A stretch of DNA of 64,000 nucleotides, taken from the NCBI RefSeq assembly GCF_022045235.1, contig NW_027266269.1, forward strand, positions 6,386,001-6,450,000. The letters are read 5' to 3'. The number at the start of each line of letters is the position of its first letter. Within the stretch, counting starts at the first letter, position 1. Below are positions 1 to 11,929 of the stretch, in pieces. The notes below the pieces were generated by a model. That model was not told where the DNA came from and ran no database searches. It worked only from the letters and a program-made list of their open reading frames with translations. The position numbers and the translations under genes are program-made. Source of the DNA: Haliotis cracherodii. Taxonomy: Eukaryota.

Positions 1-100
1 TACATTCCAGGTATTTGTAATTAGTCATACGTGAGATGAGATGAGATTTACTTTGCTAAGGTAAGCTAATCAAAGGCATCAATGATATCTATGTTTTCAG

Positions 101-219
101 CAAGGCACAGAATATTTCAATATCGATCACTTATGACAAACATGTTGCTGCTGAGAACCTGCAAGAAGGCGATGTGTTCTTGTCATCGTGGACTGGGCGT
201 ACGATTCTGTTTCGAACGG
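101..219 (+). CDS. Schlafen-like gene copy A, internal exon (degenerate helicase Walker-B region)
   Basis: Acceptor ttttcag| and donor |gtaagt; 119 nt, phase 2->1. Translates SKAQNISISITYDKHVAAENLQEGDVFLSSWTGRTILFRT. Same length as copy B exon 37929-38047, with about 30/40 aa identical. Confidence 0.85.
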
Positions 220-1532
220 GTAAGTGTCAGACATTTTCTAATGATTAGATACTGCTCACAAAGAGAAGGCAATACTGAAATATGTTGTTTGTAAAAACCG
301 TAAGGAATATGGATATGCAAAAGGTGATTGGTACGTTAATTGGCTCAAGGACAAAACGGACCTGGGGATCAGGGACCTGACTCGGTTAAACAGAAGCATA
401 TAGTTAGACTCCCATCAGGCAATAGACATCCGAGTCAGAAGACAAACGGTTCCGAATTGGTCGAGAAGTCAGACCCCGAATAATAGCAAAAATGTGGTGC
501 AGACCTGGCGACCGAATGGGATGTGATTTTTCATAATCAGGAATGATTTAGCTTTGATTTAAGACCGGTTGTCATCACCTTGCATGACTACCACGCAGAG
601 GCCCTTTTAAAATAAGGTGCAACATTTCATTTCAATTAAGATAATATCTTTACTGGAAAGTTTTACTTAATAACTTTGGTTTGGATTAGCCGATTTTAAT
701 CAAGTAAGTATCTATGGAATGCTCAGGCCATGATGTATAGTTTTGAATAATATTCTCGCAATCATCGCAAATATTTTTGGGTGAGGTTAAAGGTCAATTT
801 TGTTAGAAAATCCATTCTTCTCCATTTCAAATGAAACTTAATTTTGCCCAAACTAATGATTTTCTAGGTTCAACTGTGTCATTTGAAGAACATATATACT
901 TTTGGTTAATGTCGTATTCATGACAATCCGTCGCGTGTAAACAAAGTTATGTGTTTTGTATTTAGATCAACAAATTATCATTTAATTTGCTTATTAGTTC
1001 GTTCATTAATAACAGCTCGACGTTTTACAAAATATCAAATATACCACATATGTCGAGCAAACAGTTGGACTAGTATTAAAACCATACAACATAATGCATC
1101 GCTTTCAATGAAATTCTCCCAAACGTGTAAAGTGATAGGCAGACAAAATGTATTTTCATGTAAGTGCTGAATGGACTTTCGTTAATGCAACTGCTATTAT
1201 ATTTTTTATGATGTTTCTTATTTTAAACTTTCATTTATAAAATGCAAATATCTCAGATAAGACACACTTCAAGCAAAATTTAACGTATATTCACAGTTTT
1301 TCACATGATTAACAATTAAGTTGATAAAACTGTTGTCAGTACGAGATTTTGTTTTGATAAGTGTCAAGATTGTTTATGATTGTGTCACTTCACTCCCCAC
1401 CTGCGCTGATATGCTGTAAACCCTTGACACTGATGAATATTATTATGATATCAGAATGAAAGGTTTGTAGGTAACGTTATGTTTTTATGATGCATTCTTT
1501 CGTGTTTACAATATGACATATTACCACACTGA

Positions 1533-1777
1533 GACCCGTGAAGATTCCGGGGTAGAATAGGTCTTCAGCAACCCATGCTTGCCGTAAAAGGCGACTGATG
1601 GGATCGGGTGGTCAGGCTCGCTGACTTGGTTGATGCATGTCATCGATCCCAATTGCGTGGATCGATGCTCATGATATTAATCACTGGATTGTCTGGTCCA
1701 GACTCGATTATTTACAGACCGCCGACATAGATGGAATATTGCTGAGTGTGGCGTTAAACAACCAACCAACCAACCAA
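1533..1777 (+). mobile_element. SINE-like family A (bipartite, Nimb-LINE-derived)
   Basis: GACCCGTGAAGA..GGTCTTCAGCAACCCATGCTTG head and GGCGTTAAAC+(AACC)n tail; more than 15 related copies or fragments in the window. Confidence 0.9.
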
Positions 1778-1839
1778 ATTTAGCACCTAAAGGCCTTCTT
1801 CAGCTTCATATCTGTACATGTAAAAGTCAATGTACAGAA

Positions 1840-2103
1840 GTGAGAGAGTTGCTGATATAGCGCTGATTTTAACAGTATTACAGTTACATCGCAGCGTGTC
1901 AGCGTAATGTGGGAGGAAAGCTCGAAGAGATTCAGGTCTCAGGCATTTACCACTTTTGTGCAACCCACCGGCATGGGTATGGTGCTGACACACCTAGAAA
2001 CATAATTGGGGCGAACCGGAATTCGAACCAACAATCATAGGTTTCTGGCGTGCTCAAATGACGCAACTCTGCACAGCAAATCGGGGCACCTTAGACGACC
2101 CCC
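1840..2103 (-). mobile_element. tRNA-headed SINE family B
   Basis: Aligns to the full-length copy at 61348-61627; B-box GTTCGAATTCC on the minus strand. Confidence 0.8.
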
Positions 2104-3327
2104 TCGTTGACATTGACATTTACTAGCATGTCAATTGGGATTGCTCTATTACTTAGCAGTATGGATCATTCCGAGTGCACATGAGATAATAATGAACTGA
2201 CTTTTGTATAAGCAGTATATGAATTTTGTTCTTGGTGAAACAGATTGAGTTATCTGCATCATCATATCGTGTTTGTTTTGTAAAGAAAAAGATGAAAATG
2301 TTATGCATGAGATTGATCTTTGTTCAACGCCTTTAGAAGTGTATATTTAAGACTGTTTATTTATGTCGTTTATAACAAACACGCTGATAGCGCACTGACA
2401 TATATTCTTTGGTCCTGGCCAACTGAAATGAAATGTTGCACCTGACAAGGGCAGCTGTACGGTAGTCACGCAAGGTAGATGATGACAACCGGTCTTAATT
2501 CATTCCTGTTGACGGTATCATTTTAGTGTGTTCGGGCCTGGCCTGTCTTTGTTACATGTCCTCATCGATCCTTTTAATTGGTTAAGAATAATATCAGACC
2601 ATGAACTCATGTTGTGTTAGTGTTGTGATCAGCAAATTACCAGGACCTAATAACCGATTAAAGATGTCTATTGATTATATTAGCGACAGCTACACCGAAG
2701 CTACCCCAAAATATCCTGACACCATCATCGCCCTATTGATTTCTTGCTTCCTTGGGCAAACACTTCGACTTTCTGTCGCCATCGCCATCGCCATCGCAGG
2801 TAATGGATGCTCCAATTGCCTGGGGAGTAAATACGGCTACCTTAATGCCAAACTGCGCCAAAACGAACCAGAAAATATCACTTTTTTAATGAAAACCATA
2901 TTATAATCATGTACAGTAGTGCGCATAACCCCCATCGATACAGGAAGTGACTTATGAGTAAGCAGTGACAATTGCCTTAATAGTCATCACTTAGGGCCAT
3001 TAAAAAGTCAGTTTCATTGTACAAGTTGTCTGTATAACCAAAGTGAGATATTGTGAAATGGACGTCCATGAATGTAAACCAGGATCCGCTACTATATTTC
3101 ATTATACCTTGGAGCCCGCATCGTTGCTTGCAACTATATTTATTATTATTATTATCATATTATTTATTATTCCGCCGATTTTTGTACCAGAGCTAGCAAA
3201 ATAACCACTGGCTCGATTTTGTTCAAATTTTTATGTGTATGAAGACCGTTGAGTACTAGATTCCATCACTTGTGTTTATTATTATTGAGATGCATGTGTT
3301 AAAAATTACTACTTTAATTTTGTTTAG

Positions 3328-3591
3328 AGATGAGAGATATTGATGCTGCTCGAAGATCCTTGGCACTAGCTGTTGTTGATCGAAGAGCAAAGATACAGCA
3401 TGAAAAAGGACGCAAGAGATTGCTGGACCTAGTTTGTTTGAATGTGAAGATGATGGAGGAACAATTAGAAAACACTCTGAGTCATGCTGATTCTAAATCG
3501 CAAATAGCACAACTGGAATCGTTAACCATAGACATACAAGACAAATTAACAGAGATTGTCAGTGTACACAATAAACAGTATTCCATGCAGA
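3328..3591 (+). CDS. Schlafen-like gene copy A, helical/coiled-coil exon
   Basis: tgtttag| acceptor and |gtaagt donor, phase 1->1 and in frame with exon 101-219. Matches ORF 3330-3623 and is homologous to 41667-41924. Confidence 0.85.
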
Positions 3592-3915
3592 GTAAGTATA
3601 TCCTTACTGATTTTTATTGCTGAGGAAATACAGTTCAGTGTGTGCCAAAAACTGCCTTATTATCTATAATGTTTTTGACATATTTAGGCAGACATTTACT
3701 GCTCTTTGTGACGTCAGTGATGCTTTGAAAAAGATTGGTATAAGAAGGATTAATGCTGTGGCAATTCATCGATCACTCAGTCGATTTTCATGTTCATTGT
3801 CGCATTAAGCATTTTAGTAAATTTGAAAAGCTTAGAAAATAGCTAAAGCATTTGATCTACACGGTGAACTTCTGTCAGCGCCGTTGCATACTTTAGACAT
3901 TTATCATTTTGACAG

Positions 3916-3964
3916 GACCACACAGAGCAGCTGGTATGTTACCGACACAGAAGACCAAGGCTGG
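3916..3964 (+). CDS. Schlafen-like gene copy A, short exon
   Basis: ttttgacag| acceptor and |gtaaga donor; 49 nt, phase 1->2, open (RPHRAAGMLPTQKTKAG). Positional homolog of 42270-42327. Confidence 0.75.
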
Positions 3965-4269
3965 GTAAGAATAAATTTTGCTTTTGACCTATTATCAGTG
4001 AAATATCTCAACTTAAATCAATGTAGGTAAGCCTGTCAATATACATATTTCGCATAATAGAAACGGCAAATTATAGGAAATATCTTCAGCCAGAGCCCCT
4101 CAGTCCAGAAACTTTCAATACCAAGGTGATGAGGAATAACTGCAAAGTCAACTGTTTTCAATGAATGACATGGCTGGATATTCAACGAAACGTATCACAT
4201 GTCACCCTAAGGATGGGGTATTGAAGTGATACTGATATCTGAAGGTTGATACTGTTTAAAGTTCAAGAT

Positions 4270-4397
4270 CGCAGTGATGACAATTCTATCCTGTTAGATT
4301 GTCTGGTCAAGACTCGATTATTTACAGACCGCCGTCATATAGCTGGAATATTGCTGAGTGCGGCGTTCAACAACAAACCAACCAACCAACCAACCAA
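4270..4397 (+). mobile_element. SINE family A, 5'-truncated copy
   Basis: GACTCGATTATTTACAGACCGCCG...GCGGCGTTCAACAAC(AACC)n. Confidence 0.8.
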
Positions 4398-4978
4398 GTG
4401 TTCAAACATGCAATTAACTGAAACTGAGGGTAAAATTCATTAGGCCTAAGAGTGAAACTATCTAGAGTAATAATTCTTTCCGATAAAACGTTCCCTGAAC
4501 ATCATGTTATGTCATTTAAATGGAAGTGCATATAACTTTCCTATTGAATTAGCTTGTGGTATTGGACTTTTCATCTTAACGTTACTGCATGTTTCTATAA
4601 CCATTAGGAAACACATCAGAGATCAACTTTTGTACTTCATCAGATGGCATTTGAACCGATTGGAATACCGTGGATAATATTTTCTTACCCAAGATAGTAT
4701 ATGAATATGCATTTGATTGGTATGAACAGACAAATAAATTCTATGTCTGTTAAATATATAATTTTTACTTTATGTAATGTGGCGATATACATGATTTTTG
4801 TTGTTGCTCAATGATAGGTATATAGCAAAATATATTCCTATACTTACCTTATGTTCGGCTTAGTTAATAAAATGTGTATGTGTTTGCTAACAAGGCAATA
4901 TGATATGACATTAAAAGAGTTGCCGAAAATGTGATGAGATGAAATGATATTTTGTTTTAAATTTGTTCTCTGTTGTAG

Positions 4979-5411
4979 CGTTGATGAGAGTAAAGTAAAA
5001 CAAGATCATGATTTTGAGATACCACAATGCAGTAATCCTTCCAATACTTCACAAATCACTCACCAAGTTACATCAAGGCAACCAAGAGAGGCCAGCTTTA
5101 CCAAAGACAGCAGTAATCCTGGTGATGTGTCACACATGAAGCCAAAATACGAAGGAGACCAATCATTCTCTCGACCCAATTTGCATCAAGTGGGTGAATC
5201 ACGCCTCACAGACAAAGGGACAACAAGGTCACTAAACAGATATTATGATGACATGTCTAATGAAGTTAAGACGGTCATACAGAGATCCCAGAGTCAACCT
5301 AATATTTACAATGCTTTTATTGACAATGACATCGTCACAGAGCAGAATATGGAAGACCTCTGTATCGTACCCCCAAACATTGTGAAAAGAATGAGTCAAG
5401 CTTTCCAGTGA
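4979..5411 (+). CDS. Schlafen-like gene copy A, terminal exon (short Ser/Thr/Gln-rich tail)
   Basis: tgttgtag| acceptor, phase 2, in frame with ORF 4944-5411. C-terminus (RSQSQPNI..IDNDIVT..IVPPNIVKRMS) aligns with the copy B C-terminus (RAKSQLNI..IDKDIVT..IIPKYIVKRRS). Confidence 0.85.
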
Positions 5412-6179
5412 TCTCACTATCACCATCAACAGTTTCCTGTAGGATGACAAACGTTATTCATTTTCAAGGTTCATGGTATTCCAAACAGACAGTCACCAAG
5501 CATAATTGGGAGTACAACAATTGAATTTCATGTTATATTCCCTGAACCGTTTGTAATACAAATAGGAAACATGATATATAAAATACACGAGTACAAAGTA
5601 TTAACCAGTGATATGTATAACTGGTTCTGGATCATATATGTTGTATCAGAACTCCGTTCAATTTGTAGATGACTTACTTATGAATGTGTACGTAGTCAGG
5701 GCAGGTTTGATACCAAGGTACATTGTTGAATATTTAGTTTCAATCTGACCGAGACTCGATGATTAACACAATTCCGCAATGTACGTTTCCGACGTTTATG
5801 AATCGCTATCAAAAAGTGATAGTACAAGATGATACCGAGTGTTTCGCAAATGCAACAAATAAGAAAGTCATCCACTCTGGGATACGTGTTGCAGGACTTT
5901 GCAAACATATGATTGTCATATTCACTGATATCCTACTTGGGAACAAGAGACATCATCCTCAAATGTATTGAACAGATAATGTGTTTGTGACTTCTCAGCA
6001 CATGATATAGCAAACCACCTGGGGACCTATATTGACACAGTGTATACTGAACCTTCATGTTGAAACAGAGATTACCCGGTTGTTAACGTTTTCGCCTTTC
6101 CAATTGTCCTTTATGCATCATGTTGCCATGCACATTTGGCACTCTTAAAATAAGATAATTACATATTTAGAATAAAAAC

Positions 6180-6602
6180 TGATCCTGCGGAATAATCAAC
6201 GTCTCCTGCTGGTGCGCTCACAAACAGTCTGATGGTAATCAACAATTAGTCAATACATGATGAGATCATTTTCCCATGGAAACCTGACGAGCATGAACCT
6301 CCTAAGTGCATCCCTTGTGATTAAATGTATTTTGCTTGACTGTGTAGCAATCACATGGTCGTATTATGAACCAGCAAGTTTGAGAGATCTGTTGCCCCGT
6401 TCGTGATTGATTTTGAAATGTTTCTGTGCTGTTAATAGTGAAAATGTGACTGTTTTATAGCTCAGGTGATTGTCTGGATATGTTTTACTTTCGACGTATG
6501 ATATGTTGCATCTATATTTACCATACTGTCTGAATGTATAATTTGCTCCGGTCGATAGATGGCTGAGATATTGCCATTGTGGCGTTAATCTAACTCACTA
6601 AC
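6180..6602 (+). mobile_element. Degraded 3' fragment of a Nimb/I-clade LINE
   Basis: EPPKCIPCD/CILLDCV-like zinc-knuckle remnant matching 28735-28920, ending in ATATTGCCATTGTGGCGTTAAT+ACTC tail. Confidence 0.55.
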
Positions 6603-6908
6603 ATTTCTGTTAATGGCCATGTTTAACAATGTATTGTTATTATGACAACATATGTGACATTTGCTTCTGGAACTAAAGTATTTTCTAATGGCATACAAAT
6701 GCATTTTTCTCCTAACAAAAAATCCCAAAACAAACCTCACAAAGGTAAGTGAAGAGCAGATTCATGTAGGTGAACCCTAAGGGAGTCAATGTACAAATAT
6801 TAACTATATTTTTATTTCCAAGGTACCATACACGTATCTTCTGAAAAAGAAAACCATTTTTGCTAAAAAGGATAAACTGTTTTAAATCCCGTTTATATTA
6901 ATGTTATA

Positions 6909-7322
6909 TTTTAGCTCATCTGACCGAAAGTCAAGTAACCTTTTATTGTGGGGGTTGTTTTCTCTGAAATTACAAGGCCTATGTAGCTGAAACTTTGTAT
7001 GTATGATCCCTAAAACTTCCAATTCGATTTTGAACATGGCTGAAACTGCGACCATGAGGGCCATTACTCAGCCATTTCTGCATGCATCATGCGCTGACTT
7101 TTTACTTTTGCATTCATCCTCTTGTTTCTCCTCTGAAACTAGAAGACCGATGGTAATGTAAATTTTTCATGAATGATCTTACTGCTGTGTAGCGTCAGAC
7201 AACGAACACATATTTTTTATGCAAATTTTGTGAATGGAGGGTGCTAACGGTAGGACATGTTTAGCATTATCGCGAGCACCTGGTGTCCTCACAGATTTTC
7301 AGTGATCCATTCATATATTTTT
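6909..7322 (+). mobile_element. pearl/CvA-like (Helentron-type) non-autonomous element
   Basis: Starts TTTTAGCTCATCTGACCGAAAGTCAAG, resembling the molluscan pearl-type 5' end. Internal repeated CTCTGAAA..AAG.CC.ATG..AAACTTT modules; T-rich flanks. Confidence 0.45.
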
Positions 7323-7777
7323 TATTCACATATTTTGCCTTTTACACCCGATGGAATCTTTTTCGTCTGGCGTTTAGCTATGATGTCTCTTATGTTAAAC
7401 ACTGTACCTACCAGATGAAGAAACCCTTTGATTGAAAATTTGAATCCTTTTGATAATTTGAAAAAGGTATATTTATAAGTGGGGCCTAACACATATGTTC
7501 CATGTTTTGCGATAATATTAATTTTCACCATGATTCAACCTTTACAGCGTAATAGTTTCACCAAAGAGAAAATGAGAAAAGAGAATTTTTTTATTGGTAA
7601 TGAAATTTAAAGTAAATGCAATATTGGAATATCATTGATTAGACCACACCACACACGAGTTTGCCAACCTGTGTCATCAATAGTATCTGCATGCAGTGGG
7701 GAGCAATTGACGAAAAGTATGCTTTTGCATATGGTTCCCATGGAAACCGAACCTGTTTTTGAAAAGAAATTATTCGA

Positions 7778-7971
7778 GCATTCAAATCCCGGTTCGCCCC
7801 AATTATGCTTCTCGGTTTTATCAGCACCATACCCGCGCTCGTCGGTTTCACCAAAGTGGTAGACGTCTGTGACCTGCATCACTTCGGGCTTACTTCTTAC
7901 ATTACTCTGACATATAACTCGAATACTGTTCTAATCGATGTTAAGCCAACTTACTCACTCACTCACTCACT
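7778..7971 (+). mobile_element. SINE family B, 5'-truncated
   Basis: Aligns to 61348-61627; (ACTC)n tail. Confidence 0.8.
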
Positions 7972-8559
7972 TACAGGACTACTGTCACTTTGTAATATGT
8001 AACTGTATCTTTCCTTAATATCTAATTACAGCAGGAATGTATTTCATGCAATGCCATGCACAGCAAACTGTGGGCATCCATTCAGACCCACCAATATAGC
8101 ATCACGAAGAATTGTCACATTATTTTTGTCGCATAATTTTCAGTGAGTATGTTGTTGTTTTATCTCAAATTAAAATTAGATGTCAAATGGCATCACCCAT
8201 CTCAAGGTTTCTGTGCGGATTGAAATACATTTTTTCAGGATTTTATAAACAATAATTGCATTCGTCTCAATGTAAACAATATCATTTTTAGTACCAAGGA
8301 TAGAGATTCATTTTCAAATGTAAAGCATGACCTATTAGTGTCGTTGATGATATTCTGATTGCTCAATACAGTCAATTCATTAGAGATCAAATACAGTAAT
8401 TTGGATGATAGATGACCCAAAATGTTCAAAAGATGTCATTTAATGCTTCTCTATAATGTTCATACCATAAATCTGAAAAATTGCATTACCTAAGGCTGTT
8501 ACAAATGTAAACAAGTAGTACATTATAAGGGCCTGATTGGCATTGATGGACAAAAAACA

Positions 8560-8870
8560 CCCCCGCGGTATGGTGGATAAAGCGTCTGTCCGGATCCCAT
8601 GGCCGCGTCATACCAAATGACGTTGATAGATGGTACTTGTTATTCTACCTGTCGCTCTGCATTAATTGGATAAAACAAGAACTGTTCGACTCTGAGTCTG
8701 TTAACTGTGTCTTAGTGGAGTACCCATGTTGAACTGTGGCATGGTATAGTGGAGTATCCATGTTAAACTGTGGCATGGTATCTCATTGGGTTATCACTAT
8801 AACGCCGGCTTCAGTCCCAAGTAGAACTAACACAAGCAGCCACATCTCCATGTATGTCACTACAGAAGTG
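8560..8870 (+). mobile_element. Meta-domain-type SINE (family C)
   Basis: GCGTCATACCAAATGACG..GGTACTTG..GCATTAA..AAAACAAGAACTG..GAGTC..TGTGTC core resembling molluscan MetaSINEs; related copies at 17.4, 17.7 and 49.2 kb. Confidence 0.65.
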
Positions 8871-10335
8871 CACCAATCTTAAAGCCTATTTCACCTTACC
8901 ACCACACCCATGGACAGTTAGCTTGGATACACTGAAGGGTGATCACACTCCGTATGTTATTCATGATAAAAAAAATTCTCCATCCATCAGCTGTATGAAG
9001 GTGGTTATTTATCTGAAAACAATTTTAGTGTTTCTATATTTTATGATTGTCACAAAAACAAAAACGCAGTAGTCTTTAAAAACATTAAATTGTAGTATAC
9101 AGACAGATACTCATTAGTTTCCTTAAATATTGAAGGCACATGACATAAATTTATGATAGAACAGAAAATTAATCAATGGAAAGTTTAGTGAGATAATATC
9201 ACGTTGACATATTTACGCGATTTACAAATATCATGTCTTATATAGCTGTAACTGCTAACAGTTTAAGGCCTTGACATACATACTACTCGCCCAATTTTTC
9301 CGACATCCTCGTGCTATAAACTTGCTAGTTTCCTACCAGAACGGTCGTACACTAATATTTGAGAACAGCTTTATATTACAAAATAGTATGTAAACGCTAT
9401 GCCTATGACAGACTATTCTGAAGCAAGACGTCACAACTTTGGAGACCCCAATGCGGGATATAACCGAAAGAGTCAAACACAACGCTTCTAAAGGTGCTAG
9501 AGTTCACGAGAGCTACGTGAAATTATGGAATGTTTGATGCAGTAGATACATGAACTGCACTCGAGGTCAAATGAATCTCCTACTATATTGAATACATGAT
9601 ATTGCTAACAAGGAAGATTTGGAGCTCAGTATAAACCTGTCTTCGACTCCATTGATGTTCCTATTCCCAGATTTTGCAGTATATGAACACCACAGGCTCA
9701 GTGCTTGTGACAGAGATCGAGTTACATTTATTCGCACCGCAGACAGACAGTCCTTATTGATGAAATATATATCCGCCGACAAAGAAGGAATACTGTTAGA
9801 ACTGACTAACCTCCCTGCACAAATCAGGCACACGCTGAACTGGCCAAAAACGCTTACCCTCTATATAAAGATCACAAATATTAAACAAGACTCGAAATGG
9901 GTCTGGATGTAATCCTTAAATACCAGATAAACCCTCATTCAGCCTGGACACCACTGGGACTTCATGAAAACCCAAAGGAATTCGAATCCAATGGAATGAG
10001 GTGTCTTTTACCCTTTGTGCATTTTTCACATACCTCAATTCCTAGCCTAGGTACACTTTGAAGCAGAACCTATTACTACCTTAATTTAAGTTTGTTCAGG
10101 TGTAACGGTTGTTATTACCCCCTCCGAGATTGCTTTCATAATTTTATGTATGCTTCGTAGTGACCGAGTGACGATTGTAGGAGTACCGGATCAAGGGGAG
10201 AGAACTTTTGGTGGCCTATAAGCTACCAGCACCAACATGGCACAACCAACTGCACCGTCTGTGTCAAGGGACCTACGGAGTTGTTGAAGCAGCCACACAC
10301 GTACGTATATACGCATCTAGATAAGTGCAACAATA

Positions 10336-10690
10336 CGAGGGCTGACCAAAACGTTCTAAGCCTAACAACAAAAACAACAACTATGAAAGTGTTTTTTGTT
10401 TTGTTTTTATTGTTCAAGATAATCTGCTGTTCAATACACTTCTCATATACATAGTGAAGCTTTTCCATCCCTGTGCTTTCCCCGAATGTGTTTCTTTCAG
10501 TGGTGGAAATCTCTTGGTGCCAGGTCTGGCCAGTATGGAAGGTGAGAAACATTACGAATCCATATTGTCGCACTGCAGTCTTTGTCGAGAAGTGTGACAA
10601 GAGGCATGTCATTGTCATTAAAGAGCCTTCCTCGCCTTTTTTCTTTGAAAGAATCTCTCAGGCAATGAAGCGAATCAGCCTTGATAACCA
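10336..10690 (-). mobile_element. Mariner (DD34D-type) transposon remnant
   Basis: TA+CGAGGGCTGACCAAAACGTTC terminus. Minus-strand peptide HLPYWPDLAPRDF resembles the mariner HPPYSPDLAPSDF motif. Confidence 0.7.
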
Positions 10691-10849
10691 TCCGCATATT
10701 ATTCATTAGCTATACACACGCTTGCACACACACGCACGCGCGTACGCACGCACGCGCACAAGGACACAGACACAAACATACACAGACATTCATGCGCGTC
10801 GCTATGTAAGTGCAATAATCTTGAACGTGACGTCAAAACCAGTTTCTCT

Positions 10850-11750
10850 CATGAGAGATTCAAATTATGTTCAATCTGTCAAACATATTATTAATTCAGT
10901 TATGAAGCAGTATTCCACTGGTAAAGATAGGGATATGATAGATGTGTCTACTAGTAACTTTGTAGGTGATGATCTGCTGTTGAGATCATGGAAACAGTTC
11001 TCATGGAGATAGGGTGTAAAACTATCTCCAATTCTTCCTTTACGAAAGAAACTTGATTAAAAAGGGAAATATATTTTCCTAATGAAATTTTAGAAAATGG
11101 CTCTGGAAGTACCAAAGTTGACAGAAGTAAGTATCAGGGAAAATGACGGAAGGAACTTTAATCAGGTCCAGAGACAAAAAGATTGACGAGGGTAGAAAGT
11201 CATCCGATGTTTTTTCGTGGCTTTGAAAATGGAAACTTCATAATTCGTGTGTATAGCTAATGGTAGACGATGTCTCAAGTTGAGTTTGGCTGATGGAACA
11301 TTGATTGATGAAACAAAGGTTATTGTTTTGGAGGCCTTCCCTCTTTTTTATGACACTGTTTATACCTTTCAAGGACATTCGATAACAAATTGTAATGTTT
11401 TCAGATGAGGATTTTAAAAAGTAAAGTAAGGCGGATGCGGATTTGTTAGGTCCAAACATAACAATTCTCTGGCTCACATATGAATTCTATAAGTTCTTTA
11501 GGAAAGATGTGTCACCGTTTCTGTTAAAATCTGTTAATTGTGGGTTTTTTAATGGTAATGGTTTCTTTCCAAATACATCGTATTAGCTCCTCTCTGTAGT
11601 TATTGCTGAACGTATGAAATCAGTTTTCTCGAAACTGATATGTTTTTTACTAAACTTGATTTCTGTCTGGCAGGTACATTGGCAATAACGTAAGACTCTC
11701 TTCCCATTTTATCTTGTGTGTTGAGGTTCTTGCTGCCCTCATTAGGAAAA
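10850..11750 (+). mobile_element. Degraded L1/Tx1-like LINE ORF2 fragment
   Basis: Broken-frame motifs such as GRKSSDVFSWL and TYEFYKFFRKDVSPFLLKSVN, typical of the pre-RT region of Tx1/L1 ORF2. Confidence 0.55.
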
Positions 11751-11753
11751 TTC

Positions 11754-11925
11754 GGGGGCCCAGTCATCTAACGCGCCACGATTCGCTGTTAGAGTTGCGT
11801 GGGATTCACCGAAGTGGAACACGTCTGAGACCTGCATCCCCTCGGGTTTTCCTCCCACATTAAGCTGACACGCCGTGATATAACTGGAATACAGCTGCGT
11901 TAAACCAAACACACTCACTCACTCT
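11754..11925 (+). mobile_element. SINE family B, internally deleted
   Basis: GGGGCCCAGTC head and CTGAGACCTGCATC...(ACTC)n tail. Confidence 0.75.
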
Positions 11926-11929
11926 CTAT

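Larger units (their letters stand above)
563..2494. mobile_element. Non-autonomous TIR DNA transposon with TTAA target-site duplication (Kolobok-like), containing two nested SINEs
   Basis: Imperfect ~75-bp inverted repeats (GACCGGTTGTCATCA...GGTGCAACATTTCATTTCA at 563-636; reverse complement at 2423-2494), flanked by TTAA at 559-562 and 2495-2498. No transposase ORF. Confidence 0.75.

Noticed and set aside
9450-10200. Coding-like stretch (ORFs 9567-9833 and 9619-9912)
   Set aside because: Probably an old retroelement remnant, but I could not assign any motif with confidence.
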